From the NCBI GenBank assembly GCA_023205875.1, contig CP060765.1, positions 434,001 to 498,000 of the forward strand: a DNA stretch of 64,000 bases. The letters are read 5' to 3'. This DNA comes from Chloropicon primus. Its lineage: Eukaryota. Of this stretch, positions 42,118 through 53,423 are shown in pieces. Made by a program: the position numbers and the translations under genes. Numbering within the stretch: the stretch's first letter is position 1; each line of letters begins with the position of its first letter. Under the pieces are notes generated by a model, which saw only the letters and a program-made list of their open reading frames with translations, did no database searches and had not been told where the DNA came from.

Positions 42118-43062
42118 ATGATTCCCTATCGTGTGGTGAGTGTTGGTGCTCGAAGGTATCGGTCACACGAGTGTGGGATCACGGCACCCAACGCGAAGAG
42201 TGGAGGGGGAGGAGGGGCCAAGGGTGGCACGAGGGCACCTGCTGCCGGTGGTGGCGGAGGCGAGGGGTGTGAGTCTCACTCTGAAGAGCACCAGGTCAGC
42301 CCCGCGCTTCATCGGTATGTCGCTGGCAAGCAGGGCATCTCCCCGCAGCTGGCTCAGCTGGCTCAAGTGCAGGTATTGGGGGACAGAGTGACTCTGAAGG
42401 GAAGCCAGGAAGGGGTGTCTGCAGCGAGTGCGTTGCTCCAATCCTACGTCGCAGCGGGCGCGCAGCGGGATGCAACCACGCCATTGACACATTTCCTTTG
42501 CATCTCTTTGGCAACACCCGAGGTGAAGAACACCTACGAAGCGTTCCAGAGCAAGCACGGAGGTTATGACAGAAAGTTGTTCGCGAGGTCCTCGAGGCTT
42601 CACTTGACGCTGTCCATGCTGAAGCTGTACAGCTCGGAGCAGCTGGACGAGGCAAAGAAGGTCTTGCAAAGCTTCCAAGGCACTGCCTCGGGCCCCATCC
42701 CCGTCGACATGAAAGGCCTCGCTCTGATGAAGGGCTCGCCGGAAAAAGCCAGAGTCCTGTACGCGCAAGTTAGCGGAGATCAAGTGGACAAGTTGCAGGG
42801 CCTCTGCGATGGCGTGAAGAAGGCATTCGCTGAAGCAGGGATGTTCGTCTCGAACCCGGAGTCAGGCGTGAAGCTGCACTGCACGCTGATGAACACCCGG
42901 TGGTCCAAAGGAAGAATCAAGCACTTTGACGCCGGTGCGGTGCTGGAGCAGGACGAGAACCTAAGCCTGGGTTCGATCGAGGTGAAGGACGTGAAGCTCG
43001 TGTCTTTCACCAAAATCGGCCAGGACGACTTTTACGCAGTCTTGGATTCTGTAACCATCTGA
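42118..43062 (+). CDS. ASCC1: ASCC1-like protein (degenerate KH + 2H-phosphoesterase/AKAP7-like domain)
   Basis: THFLCISL, two HxT motifs (LHLTLSMLKL, KLHCTLMNTRW), ARVLYA and N-terminal V.VGARRYR. Confidence 0.8.
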   Translation: MIPYRVVSVGARRYRSHECGITAPNAKSGGGGGAKGGTRAPAAGGGGGEGCESHSEEHQVSPALHRYVAGKQGISPQLAQLAQVQVLGDRVTLKGSQEGVSAASALLQSYVAAGAQRDATTPLTHFLCISLATPEVKNTYEAFQSKHGGYDRKLFARSSRLHLTLSMLKLYSSEQLDEAKKVLQSFQGTASGPIPVDMKGLALMKGSPEKARVLYAQVSGDQVDKLQGLCDGVKKAFAEAGMFVSNPESGVKLHCTLMNTRWSKGRIKHFDAGAVLEQDENLSLGSIEVKDVKLVSFTKIGQDDFYAVLDSVTI

Positions 43063-43162
43063 CTCGTATTACAAAGAATTTTCCCCAAAGGTCCTTAAGC
43101 CTTGGGCTTGCCCAAAGCTCGATATCATCGCGTATCGATAAACACTGAACTAAAAATCATTT

Positions 43163-46100
43163 TTATCTAAATTTGACGGACACCAAAGGGATGTCCACGT
43201 CCTCTCCCTCCTCGTCCTCGCAGGCCACCACGAGGTCAAAGTGATTCCTGTATTGTGGAATCTCGAGCTTGGCCACGGTCTTGACAATGTCCAAGACCTT
43301 CTTCTCGAGCCTCTCCTTGTGCTTTGGGAAGAGGTTGTTGTAAATGAGGGCCTGGCCGCAAGAGATACTGTAGGTGGTGAGGCCCCTCGTCGAGAACCAG
43401 TTCAGGAGCTCCTGCGTAGTGATGTCCCCCTCGATGATCCACCTGTCCCAAAGGCTCCACTTCATGTTGTTGTACTCAAAGAGCTTGGATGGGATGGGCT
43501 CTGCCATGGCGAAGAGAGGCAAGGAAAGGTTTCCGAACGTATTCCTGTAAGACTCCAGTGGCACGTTCTGCAACACCTTGTAGAGCTCCAGGCACACGAG
43601 GCCGGTCGCAACAGCGGTGGAGGTGGCAATGGCGGGGATGATCCTCCCAGCGATAAGCTTGGCTTGGAGCTTGTCGACCTCCTGGATGCTGTAATTCCTG
43701 GCCCTCAGGTTGGCCAGAGAAGTGATGAGCTCCATGTGGAAGTTGGTATCGTCATCCTTCTCGAACGGGATCGGGCACAGCCTGAACTTTGGCGGCAGCT
43801 CGCCACTAATCGGCTCGAGCTGCTTCAGGAGAGTCTCCACCACAGAGGCATCGTCAAAGCTCGAGGAGTACTTGTTTGTGGCCTTTGGATCCGTCTCGAT
43901 CTTCACGTCGCTCCTGGGCTGGAACTCTGGCGTCTGGTAAGAGTCCGCCGCCTGCTGGAACTGCCCGTCGTCATGGCACCACTCTGGGATGCTGATCTGG
44001 TACACCTGGGCTCTCAAGACGGAGGCAGACTTGATGAACGCCACGTGCACGGGGTCGTTGCAATCAAACTTGATTGCCCTTGGGAATCTCTTAGGAGGCG
44101 ACCAGAACGGGGACCCGTTGCTCGTCTTGGCGTCCTCTGGGAAGGTGTACACGAGCTGGGAGATCTTGTTGTAGAAGTACTCGTCGAAAAGCTTCCTGGC
44201 CCACACTATACATTCCGAGAAGGTGGTGCACTTGCTGCTGGAAAGGGATTCCACCACCTGCTCGAGCTGCTGCTTCGTCTGCCCGTCCGCCTGCTTGAGG
44301 GCGTTCGAGCTGTACTCGCTGGGGTCCTCCAGGTACGTGTTGACCTCGGCTGGGGCTTTCTCTACGTGACCTTCGAACTCGCTCCTCGCCCAAGCCAAGC
44401 AATGGTCGATGTTGTGAGGGAAGGAGTGAAGGGTGCACATGGGAGCCTGCTTCTCCGGGGGGTCCCTGCTGGCTCCGTAGTTCTCCGTCAACCCTGGGAT
44501 GACGACCTGCGTGTTGCACTTTGGCCCCAAAGTCCCAGACTCCAAGAGGGGCTTGGAGAAGTACACACACCTCATGTCCACGTAGAGCCTCGCCTTCACG
44601 TTGTCCAAAGCGTTGATCACAACATCCAAGTTCTCCCAGAACGAGTCGTTGAAGACGTCCTCCGTCTCCGGGCACACCCTGTTCTGCAAGGATGCAATGT
44701 TGAGCCCGCTGTTCATGCCCTGAGCAGCCTGGCCCGCGACCTCGCTCTTGGACCTCCCGATGTCAGTCTGCCTGAACAGGAACTGCCTGCTCAGGTTGCT
44801 CTTCTCAATGGTGTCGTCGTCGGTCACGGCAAGCTTGCCGTCCTTGCTGCAGGAGACTCCCATCATGGCCAGGAGCTTGAGGAACTCGCATCCGAGGGCG
44901 CCGGCTCCCACAACGAAAGCGTTGAGGCGCTCCAACTTTTGCTGGAACTTCTGGCCGAAGACCACGATCTGCCCGTCGTACCTCGACCCCGTGGGCTGCA
45001 CGTCCTCAAAGGCGGCCTGCTCCCCAAGGGACTCGATGCTGTCAAAGTAGAAGAATTGGAAAATGGGGTGGAACTTGCCCGAGCAGGCCTTGAGGGCCTC
45101 CTGCGCCACGATGCCGCCGATGAAGGTGGACATGGGGCTCAAGTCCCCGGAGGAGATGGCAGCGAACTTTCTCAAGAGCTTCTCGTCGAGCTCCTGCTTC
45201 TGGAAGGCTCCCCCCTTGCTCTGCTCCGACAGAGTCTGGTTCACGGAGTGGCAGATCTGCACGAACTCCTCCGCGTCCTCGGCCATACCGGGCCTCGGCA
45301 AGCTCCCCTTCTTCTGCTGGAACTCGTCCAAGGCCAAGAACGCGACGTGGAGGAGCGCTGGCCTCTCGAGCTTGGCAAAGTCGCACAGAAGGAAGTCGCC
45401 CGGGTCCGCGATGCACTCGCCCAGAGGCTTGAAGTTGAGGGTCTTTGGCTCCTTCACATTGGTGACGAGGCCGCCCGACAAGTACTTCTTGAAGCTCGTG
45501 GTGTCCTCCTCGAGCTCGAAGGAGTAGGCCTTGACGTTCTTCACCCTCCTGGGCTTCCCGTCGTTGAGCTCGGACATGCCCTCCACCTCCTTGAACTGGA
45601 CGAGCTCCCCGTCCTGAAACTCCAGCCGCTCCTCCTCCACGCAAGTGACGAGGGCCGGGGAGGACTGGGAGATCGAGGACACGATCCCGACCTGGGGCTG
45701 CTCCCCATCCACGTCGTCCACCACGAAGCTGGGCCCGAAGTCACAGAACACCTGGGCGAACAGTCCCCTCGTATCCGCCCTGATGAACGCGATCGGGGGC
45801 TGGTGGTTGTGGCAAAACGAGTCGATCCTCTTCGCCTTCTCCAAGGGACAGTCCATGCACACAACGACGTTGAACTGCGACAGGAACCCCGTCTCCTCCG
45901 ACCCGCTCGGACTCGTCACCGTCTGAACCCTCACCGCTGGGTTCAGTTCTTGTAACTTGGCTGCGCAACACTCTGCCCTGTTCTTCCCCACGTCCCCTTC
46001 CTTGAAGTAGAACTGGCTCGACAAGTCCGCCACCTCCACCGCCCCTCCGTCCTCCAGAGACACCGCCTTCACCCCCGCCAGCACCAAGTTCTTCGCGATC

Positions 46101-46237
46101 TCCACCCCGAGTCCCTTGAGTCCCGACACGAGGACGTGGCTCGACGCCATTTTCCTGAAGGTGTCCCTGCCATACACCGCAAGCTGTCTCGAGTGCAGGT
46201 CCTCATCGATCTCAGTCTTCATCCCATGGCTACTACT
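43163..46237 (-). CDS. UBA1: Ubiquitin-activating enzyme E1
   Basis: [36 protein letters not shown], catalytic [34 protein letters not shown]. Confidence 0.98.
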   Translation of the reverse strand, partial: SSSHGMKTEIDEDLHSRQLAVYGRDTFRKMASSHVLVSGLKGLGVEIAKNLVLAGVKAVSLEDGGAVEVADLSSQFYFKEGDVGKNRAECCAAKLQELNPAVRVQTVTSPSGSEETGFLSQFNVVVCMDCPLEKAKRIDSFCHNHQPPIAFIRADTRGLFAQVFCDFGPSFVVDDVDGEQPQVGIVSSISQSSPALVTCVEEERLEFQDGELVQFKEVEGMSELNDGKPRRVKNVKAYSFELEEDTTSFKKYLSGGLVTNVKEPKTLNFKPLGECIADPGDFLLCDFAKLERPALLHVAFLALDEFQQKKGSLPRPGMAEDAEEFVQICHSVNQTLSEQSKGGAFQKQELDEKLLRKFAAISSGDLSPMSTFIGGIVAQEALKACSGKFHPIFQFFYFDSIESLGEQAAFEDVQPTGSRYDGQIVVFGQKFQQKLERLNAFVVGAGALGCEFLKLLAMMGVSCSKDGKLAVTDDDTIEKSNLSRQFLFRQTDIGRSKSEVAGQAAQGMNSGLNIASLQNRVCPETEDVFNDSFWENLDVVINALDNVKARLYVDMRCVYFSKPLLESGTLGPKCNTQVVIPGLTENYGASRDPPEKQAPMCTLHSFPHNIDHCLAWARSEFEGHVEKAPAEVNTYLEDPSEYSSNALKQADGQTKQQLEQVVESLSSSKCTTFSECIVWARKLFDEYFYNKISQLVYTFPEDAKTSNGSPFWSPPKRFPRAIKFDCNDPVHVAFIKSASVLRAQVYQISIPEWCHDDGQFQQAADSYQTPEFQPRSDVKIETDPKATNKYSSSFDDASVVETLLKQLEPISGELPPKFRLCPIPFEKDDDTNFHMELITSLANLRARNYSIQEVDKLQAKLIAGRIIPAIATSTAVATGLVCLELYKVLQNVPLESYRNTFGNLSLPLFAMAEPIPSKLFEYNNMKWSLWDRWIIEGDITTQELLNWFSTRGLTTYSISCGQALIYNNLFPKHKERLEKKVLDIVKTVAKLEIPQYRNHFDLVVACEDEEGEDVDIPLVSVKFR

Positions 46238-46370
46238 CATCTTCTCCCCTCTCTTCCTTTTCATGAACACCTCCACGAGCACACCACTCCGTCTCCTCAC
46301 GATCGATCAACCCCGACCGACACCCCCACTCCCTCTCTCCCCCGCCTCCTTCTAAATCAAACCCACACCA

Positions 46371-46397
46371 AAACCCTAAAACCTCGCGAAACCCTAA
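46371..46397. promoter_or_regulatory. Two telo-box-like AAACCCTAA motifs upstream of UBA1
   Basis: AAACCCTAA at 46371 and 46389. The regulatory role is inferred from plant telo-boxes only. Confidence 0.4.
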
Positions 46398-46435
46398 AAA
46401 CAAATCCACCAAGGGAGGTGTGTGGCTGGGAACAA

Positions 46436-46774
46436 AGGATCTCTCGGCCGGGGCGGCGAGGTGAGGAGGCGAGGAGCGGCGTGGCCGCGGGGATGGCCAT
46501 GGCGATGGCGATGGGTCGGGATCCTGGGCGTGCCGATTAACTCTCTCTCTTTCTCACCATCTCTTGCTCTCTTCGTGTGAAAGGACAGGACAGGAACACG
46601 ACAGGAGGAGGATCTCTCGAGGTGAGGAGGGGAGGAGCGGCGTGGCCGCGGGGATGGCCATGGCGATGGCGATGGGTCGGGATCCTGGGCGTGCCGATTA
46701 ACTCTCTCTCTTTCTCTCTTTCTCACCACCTCTTTCTCACCATCTCTTGCTCTCTTCGTGTGAAAGGACAGGAC
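46436..46774 (+). repeat. Two-copy tandem duplication (about 160-170 bp) with intron-like signals
   Basis: GAGGTGAGGAGG..GGATGGCCATGGCGATGGCGATGGG..GATTAAC(CT-rich)GTGTGAAAGGACAGGAC occurs twice. Confidence 0.9.
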
Positions 46775-46811
46775 GAGAGGCAGCAGCAACGGATTGGGAT
46801 TGGCTTGGCTC

Positions 46812-46842
<31 letters not shown>

Positions 46843-47001
46843 CGCGGGTCGTCGTTGTCGCCGGGCGCGATTGAGGCGGCGGTCAAGACGACGACGAGGG
46901 CGACGAAGGCGAGGGGCGGGCGGGTCTTGGCGGGCGTGGGCGCCACCCAGTACCACCAACGCTTGGGAGCACGGGGGCGACGCGGGCTCCTCGGCAGCAG
47001 G

Positions 47002-48348
47002 ATGGCGGGACGCAGCGCGACGGCGGGGGAGCCCGCGGGGGTACTGTCCACCGAGTCCATCGCCGTTGAGGCGGACTTGTGCGACTACGGGGACCTCCAC
47101 GTGACGAGCGGGACGCACAAGGAGGGGCTGTACTTCAAAGTGGGCAGCTCGTTGGCCAGGGGGTTCATCTCGGCGACGGAGGCCGTGAGGAAGAGGAGCA
47201 AATTCCTTCGCACACCGTGGTGGGCCAAGAACGGGCACGTGAACACCTTGGTCGGCCACATGCTCCGTGGTACGAGGGGGCACCCGGGCGAGGGGTACGA
47301 CCGCATGCTTCTCAGGACGGATGACGGGGGAACCCTCTCGATCGACGTGACAAAGGCGGCCGGGGTCGGGGAGAAGGGCGTCGGCGGTGCGACGGAGGAG
47401 CCTTTCGTGCTGATGATCGCTGGCTTGGGGGGAAGCAGCGCGGATCCGTACACCCAGGCCATGACCTCGGCCTGCGCGAGGAGGGGCTGGAAGTCCGCGG
47501 TCATCTGCATGAGGGGAACGGGGCAGGGACCCGTCACCTCGGGGCGCCTCTTCAGCGCCAGGAGGGGGTCCACGGACGACGTGAGGTTCGTCATGCGGGA
47601 GCTCAAGACAAAGGGTGTGATCGAGGAGGACCAACCGATTTTCGGGATAGGTTGGAGCCTCGGCGGGTGCATCATGTCCAACACCGTCCTGGAGCAGGAC
47701 GAGCTGGATCCTCCGCTGAGGATCGAAGCCGCTGCGGCCTTGGGCGCTCCCTACGACCTCCACGAGTCCTCGGAGCTGCTCAAGCCCTTCCCCAACAAGA
47801 TTTACTCGTCGAGAATGGCGCAAGGCTTGGTGAACATCCTAAAGCCAGTGGCCCACGTGTTCGACGGCGTCCACAAGAATTACTTGGGAGAGGAAAACAG
47901 CTTCGAGTTCAACGGGGACAAGTGCTACGAGTGCAAGTCCATCTTGGAATTCGACGAGGCTCTTACCGCCCCTTTCTTCGGCTTCAAGTCCGCGAAAGAC
48001 TACTACGATTTCTCTTCCCCCGGGCGGAGGTTCAGCGAATCGTCCCCCTCCGTGCCGACGATTTTGGTCTCCGCGCTGGACGATCCGGTGGTGGGCAACG
48101 TCGGCATCCCCTTCGAGGCCGCCAGGAAGAACGAGAACGTGGTGGTGGTCGCCACCGACAGCGGCGGTCACTTGGGCTGGTGCCAGAGCACCCACCTCGG
48201 TTGCGGCTTCGCAAAAAACACGCAGGAGACGAGCTGGACAGAAGATCTTGTGATGGATTTCTTTCACCAGGCTCTGCAGCAGAGGCAGGCAAAGACCGGT
48301 GACGCAGCCTCATCGAAGGCGGAGGCGGTGGCCTCCTTCCCTGTCTGA
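47002..48348 (+). CDS. Alpha/beta hydrolase, ABHD1-3/YheT/EHT1 family (true start may lie upstream)
   Basis: NGHVNT, D.GTLSID, AGLGGSS, STDDVR, nucleophile GWSLGG, EFDEALTAP.FGF, ALDDP, GGHLGW. Confidence 0.9.
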   Translation: MAGRSATAGEPAGVLSTESIAVEADLCDYGDLHVTSGTHKEGLYFKVGSSLARGFISATEAVRKRSKFLRTPWWAKNGHVNTLVGHMLRGTRGHPGEGYDRMLLRTDDGGTLSIDVTKAAGVGEKGVGGATEEPFVLMIAGLGGSSADPYTQAMTSACARRGWKSAVICMRGTGQGPVTSGRLFSARRGSTDDVRFVMRELKTKGVIEEDQPIFGIGWSLGGCIMSNTVLEQDELDPPLRIEAAAALGAPYDLHESSELLKPFPNKIYSSRMAQGLVNILKPVAHVFDGVHKNYLGEENSFEFNGDKCYECKSILEFDEALTAPFFGFKSAKDYYDFSSPGRRFSESSPSVPTILVSALDDPVVGNVGIPFEAARKNENVVVVATDSGGHLGWCQSTHLGCGFAKNTQETSWTEDLVMDFFHQALQQRQAKTGDAASSKAEAVASFPV

Positions 48349-48756
48349 TTCAAACATTTAATTCATTTTTGGTGATTCAGAAATCCTCGGAGTGCCTGAA
48401 GCACGCAACGAACCCCCCACACACACACACATACCCCTGTCTCATGAATGCACCTGCCCAGGCCAATCCTCATCAATCCACACACACACACACGCACTTC
48501 ATCATCACCACCACCATCAATCACCATCATCGCCATCTTAGTGCCTCTTCCCTGTCCTCTGTCCCTCATCAGGGAGTGCAAACGGCGAAAGCCAGAGGTA
48601 GAAGGTCACGGGGGACGTGAACCATCGCCGATGCCCCCCATGATCTCGTCCCCTCCCTGTCCAGGCCCCTCATCCTCCCCCTCCTGCCTTGGCTTCTGAT
48701 CATCATTCAATTTTTGTGTCCAAAGACCAAGGCAGCAGCCGTCGAGCGTGAGGAGG

Positions 48757-49089
48757 ATGGCGAGACGAGCTTCGACCAGATTCGTAGCCCTTGCGGCCCT
48801 CGTGGCCTTTGTGTTGTGCCACGCTTCTACGGGCCCTCTGTTGGGTTCCAGTAACCACCTCTCCGCGGTCTCTTCCTCGTCCTCGGTGCAAAGGCATGAC
48901 CGAGCCTTCAGTCTCTTTCCAGGAGCAGAGGCAGTGGAGTTGGACGGATGGGAGGACGACCAAGCGGAGACCTTCGCAGCGGAGGACGACGGCTTCGAAG
49001 AGCCTTTGAAGGACGACCAGGCCGGCAAGGTAAGGAAGCCGAAGGGGCAGCAAAGCCTCCGCTCTCTCTGCTGCTCTCTCTCTCCTCTC

Positions 49090-49125
<36 letters not shown>

Positions 49126-50351
49126 TCTGAGACTGACTGACGATCCTGTTCTTGGCTACTCAGGCGGTGGGAGGGGAGGGCAAGGCGGAAGGGAAGGCGA
49201 AGCCTGCAACGCATTCGGCCACGAAGAGCCAAGCGCCCCAGAAGCCCTACGTGCCTTGGAAGGAGCGTGGCTTTGCATATTGGGTGAACCTCTTTGATGA
49301 GTTTGCCAAAGTGGTGGTGAACGAGCACAAGGGGGAGCTGGTCCTGTTGGTGGTCGCGAGTCTTTACGCGCTCAACTACGTCATCGGGTCACGAAGGAAC
49401 GAGTCGGTCGTGCTGGAGTGGGCAAACACTTTTGGCCTGCAGCACGAGAGCACCGTGTACGGCAAGAACTTTGCTCTCGTCGGGTTGGAGAACAAAACCT
49501 CCGCCAGTGAGATCATATTCAGGGAGTCCCAGGCGTGCTTCAAGTGCTACGCGACCGGCAGGCGGTACGTGAACTGGGTAATGACGACCTTAGACCTCAG
49601 AAAGAGGCAAGACTTGATGTCGGAGTTGATCAACTTGGTGATGCCTGCCAAGGATAAGCTGGTGGTTGACGTCAGCATGACCGAGTCTGCGATGGATCCC
49701 ATGGTTTTTGCGATAGTGAAGAAAAAGTTGGCCAAACGCTTCGTGTCAGAGCACAAGGACGTGAAGAAGTACGCGACTGTCGTTACCGATCCACAGGCGA
49801 TCCTCAATACCAGCAAATCGACCTCGGATTACACGTGGCCGAGGAGGAAGCTCGTGGTTGTATCGGAATCCAAGGAGCTCTTCTCCATGCTGGTGTCCGA
49901 AGCCGTGCTCAAGAACGTCTTTGACTCGAAGGTTTACCTCAAGCACTTTGAAAAGTACTTCGAGTGCATGTACGTGACCTCAGAGGGTCCCGTTCCAGGG
50001 ACAGAGCCGACGAAGAACCTTCTGAGGTTTGAGTTCTCGCTGCCGAGCGACACTAAGAAGATGGGAGAGTTGCATAGCCTCATGGAATTCATGTTTCACG
50101 AGATCGATCTTATTGGCTCCCAGAAACTCAGCCCGGAGGCGTCGAGGAAGGCTCAAAAGAGGAGGAAGGAGGTGGAAGCGGAGTTGTTCAAGGAGAGCCT
50201 CGCATCGAGGCAAGAGGCGGCCGCGAGGAAGAGGGAGGAGAAGTTCAACAAAGAGAAGTCGAGCATGACTCCGGCTCAGGTGGCGAAAGCGGAGGAGAAG
50301 AGGAAGAATAAGATTCTGAAGAAGAATAGGCCAAAGATGAAAATGAAGTAA
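48757..50351 (+). CDS. CCDC47: CCDC47/DUF1682 ER membrane protein (PAT complex subunit), exons 48757-49029 and 49164-50351
   Basis: Signal peptide, acidic lumenal segment, a single TM (NYVIGSRRN), YATGRR, LDLRKRQDL and a basic coiled-coil tail ending PKMKMK. Confidence 0.88.
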
Positions 50352-50415
50352 TTCATCATTGCGTGCCGGACCTCGGAACAATACTTATTCATGTGTAAAT
50401 AAATTTGACGCTCCG

Positions 50416-52839
50416 CTACTTCTTACTTTTGAACAAGGTGAAGACCCTCTTGATGCCACCCCCAGCAGGAGGAAGCTCGACCTGGCTTTCGCTTGCCCGG
50501 CTGTCGTCCTGGTCTTGACCACCAACTTCCTCGTCGATGATTTCCTCTGATATCGAGATCTCTTCTTCCAGCGGAGTCTTTGAGAGTTCCTCTTCCACGA
50601 TGAAGCTGTCCGCCTCGGTTCCACTCGCGAGCAGATCGAGGGAGCCTTCAGTCAAGATGCTATCGAGGTCAGTGTTCACATCACTGTACTCGGCCTCCCA
50701 CAACTTGTCCACCGCGGCCATCGCGGGGTTCTCCACCATGGTCTTCTGTATGGCATCGTCATATTCTTGCGGGGGAAGGACCTCTGGTGGTGGCGGCGGC
50801 GGCGGCACCGGGGAGGACAGGATGTCCTCGGCAACGGACATTGCCTGTGGCGAGAAAACTTCCTCAAAACCTTGCCCCAGCGTCTCAGGCGGTTTGATCG
50901 AAAGTAACGTGGATTCGCTCTGCAAATCCGCCTCCTCCACGTCATCCTCGATGGGAGTGTAGCTCTCTTCTGTGCTGCTCTCGTTCACTTCTTCCTTTGC
51001 TTCTTCAGATGGATCGGACAAGATGAGCCGTTGGTCCTGCTCCACCTGCTTCTCGCTTGAATCTGGCACGGCCGCGCTTTCTGAGCCGCCGCCACCTTCC
51101 GGCCGGTTTCCCGCCTCTCGCACGGGCGTCTCCTCCTCGCGTGTTTCCTCTGGTCCTTCTTCCACTTTTGCGTCGTCCTGATCCTCCCGGTGAGGTGGCA
51201 CGATCTGTGCTGTGGGCGCGGGCTCCGAAGGGAGGGCGGCCTCCGAAATCTTGCTCTGCTCCTCCCTCGATTCTTTCCTCACTTCCTCTTCCAAGGTCGC
51301 TCCTTGATCTCCGTACATGATCGATGTAATCGGCTTTTGCTCCAGGTCCTGCAGAAGCTGCTCCAGTTCGTCCTCGACGTTGCTCGTAGTCAGCAGACCA
51401 GTCCCCTCGTCCTTGTCTTCGATCTTCAAATCCAGTTCTGGCATCGGTGGCTCCTCCCGTTCCGACACCGACACGAAGCTGTCCTCCTTTCTGATTCCCA
51501 CCTGGCTCAGAAGGGACCCGGTGCCCGACTTGATCGCATTCGATATCTCCAGGGCGAGCTCCCTGATGATCTCGTGAGTATCCAGAGCCATGTTTGCCTG
51601 AATGCTCCGCTCCCTCAGAGCCCTCGTCGTGGCGGACCTTTCTGGCTCTGCACTCCTGTCTGTTGCCCTTCTCACATCACGGCTCTCCAAAGATGGCTTC
51701 TCCTCGCTATCCCTCGAGAACGAACTCGAGAACGAGGTTTCGTCTTCCTCGGCAGTATCCTCGCCCCGGAGGACGGAGTCCCTGCTGGCCAGAACTCGGC
51801 TCTGGTGCACCCTTACGTCCTCTTGCTGCTGCCCCCCGCAATCACTATTATCACTTTCTTCCATCTCGGGATCGTAGAACAGGCTGGGCGGCTTGAAACT
51901 GCCGTACATCGCAGCTTTGGTGGACTGAAAGGACCTTATGGAGCTCAAGTCTGCGACTGCTTTCGACTTGATCTTCTCAGATCTCGAGGTTTTCGACTTG
52001 CTCCCAACAGCCGGAGCCGACGAAGGCGAGGGCAAGGAGTACTCCTTCTCTCCCTCCACCTCCTCCTCCATCATTACCATGTTGCCCTTGTTGACTTTGC
52101 CGCCTCCTTTGCCCACCCTCTCGGACTTCATTGGCGACGAGATCCCTTTGAAGTTGACCAAGTGCCGCAGCAGCGTCGAGCCATGGCACGACAACCTCAA
52201 GTAAACGGAAAGCACTCCCACGCTCTCTCCAGTGATGCTGTAGATGGGCGTGTGGGTGTGGAGACCTTTCTGCTCGAGCACCAAGGCGTCGGATAGGGGC
52301 AAACTGGCCGTTCCCACCAGCTTTGGCTCCGCCCTTCGCCTCAGGTCAAGGTACACAAAGTGCAAGGGGTGATCCCTGAGGAGCCTGACCAGCTTTCTGG
52401 CGCTGGTGTGAAACATGCAGGACTTTCCCTGACCAAAAGGTATGCCAACCTCCACACCTCGGAGGGGGTGAGACGAAACCGTTGGCGGTGATTTCGCTTT
52501 CGCTCTGTCAATGATCAGCAGGGGGTAGTCCAAGAAACGCACCGCGCAGGCTCTCGAAGCGTACTCGCTTTCCTGGGGAAGCTGGAACTGGCTTCGCTGA
52601 GCCTCCTTCAGGTAGCTCGTGAGCCTGTTCTTCAGGTCCTCCATGTCCTTCACACCCTTCACGTTGACGGGAGCCGTCGTCGTCTTCGGCTTATGCTTTG
52701 CATACAGCTTCTCCGTCCCCTTCTCGCTGCACTTGTCCACCACAACCTCGAGGCAGAACAGCCTCCGCTCATCCCCGCCCTCGCCTGCTTCCTTCAGACC
52801 AGCTGACTCAGAAGTGGACACCTCCGTCAACATCATCAT
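50416..52839 (-). CDS. MAP10/KIAA1383-like C2-type domain protein with a long acidic tail
   Basis: LFCLEVVVD, CAVRFLDYPLLII, FGQGKSCMF, LVGTASLPL and VYLRLSCHG resemble the MAP10 N-terminal domain. Confidence 0.65.
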   Translation of the reverse strand: MMMLTEVSTSESAGLKEAGEGGDERRLFCLEVVVDKCSEKGTEKLYAKHKPKTTTAPVNVKGVKDMEDLKNRLTSYLKEAQRSQFQLPQESEYASRACAVRFLDYPLLIIDRAKAKSPPTVSSHPLRGVEVGIPFGQGKSCMFHTSARKLVRLLRDHPLHFVYLDLRRRAEPKLVGTASLPLSDALVLEQKGLHTHTPIYSITGESVGVLSVYLRLSCHGSTLLRHLVNFKGISSPMKSERVGKGGGKVNKGNMVMMEEEVEGEKEYSLPSPSSAPAVGSKSKTSRSEKIKSKAVADLSSIRSFQSTKAAMYGSFKPPSLFYDPEMEESDNSDCGGQQQEDVRVHQSRVLASRDSVLRGEDTAEEDETSFSSSFSRDSEEKPSLESRDVRRATDRSAEPERSATTRALRERSIQANMALDTHEIIRELALEISNAIKSGTGSLLSQVGIRKEDSFVSVSEREEPPMPELDLKIEDKDEGTGLLTTSNVEDELEQLLQDLEQKPITSIMYGDQGATLEEEVRKESREEQSKISEAALPSEPAPTAQIVPPHREDQDDAKVEEGPEETREEETPVREAGNRPEGGGGSESAAVPDSSEKQVEQDQRLILSDPSEEAKEEVNESSTEESYTPIEDDVEEADLQSESTLLSIKPPETLGQGFEEVFSPQAMSVAEDILSSPVPPPPPPPEVLPPQEYDDAIQKTMVENPAMAAVDKLWEAEYSDVNTDLDSILTEGSLDLLASGTEADSFIVEEELSKTPLEEEISISEEIIDEEVGGQDQDDSRASESQVELPPAGGGIKRVFTLFKSKK

Positions 52840-53223
52840 CAAAGATTTGGCGTCAAGACGTCAAAATCGTCGAGTGAGGCGTCATTCAAAAGCCACAGAG
52901 CCCAAACCCTCGCTCCTAGAGACTCTCACGGGGCCAGCTCTTGGCCCAGGTGCTCAAAAGCGTCACGGAACCACTCCAACTCTATGCAGGAGTCCACCAG
53001 AATTTTTGAAATCCTCCGTTTGAATCTCTGGAGGTCAAAAAGGTTCAAACTTTGGTGAAACTGGTCAAGTAAGGTGTCAATCGAACGACCGTGAGACGTA
53101 CGTTCGTCCTGTTGGGCTTCCTTACCCTTCCACTGTCGTCCTTCTCCTTAATTCTGGTCACCAAGCCCCTCGCCTTGCAAGTCAGTGCTTTGATCCCAAG
53201 GACAAAGTTATTTAAATCCCCTG

Positions 53224-53254
<31 letters not shown>

Positions 53255-53423
53255 TCGAGTCCTTTTGGAGAGGACTGGCTGGTCGTCAACCTCGTGCATG
53301 AGGAAGGAGGTGCACGTGGATGCGTAAAGGATCTCTTCCTCTTTCTGTGGACTCCTTGCTTGCTTGCAGAGACGCCAAACCGCGTTGGGACGAAGAGAAA
53401 CGGAAACGGGAGCGGAAGAGGGG

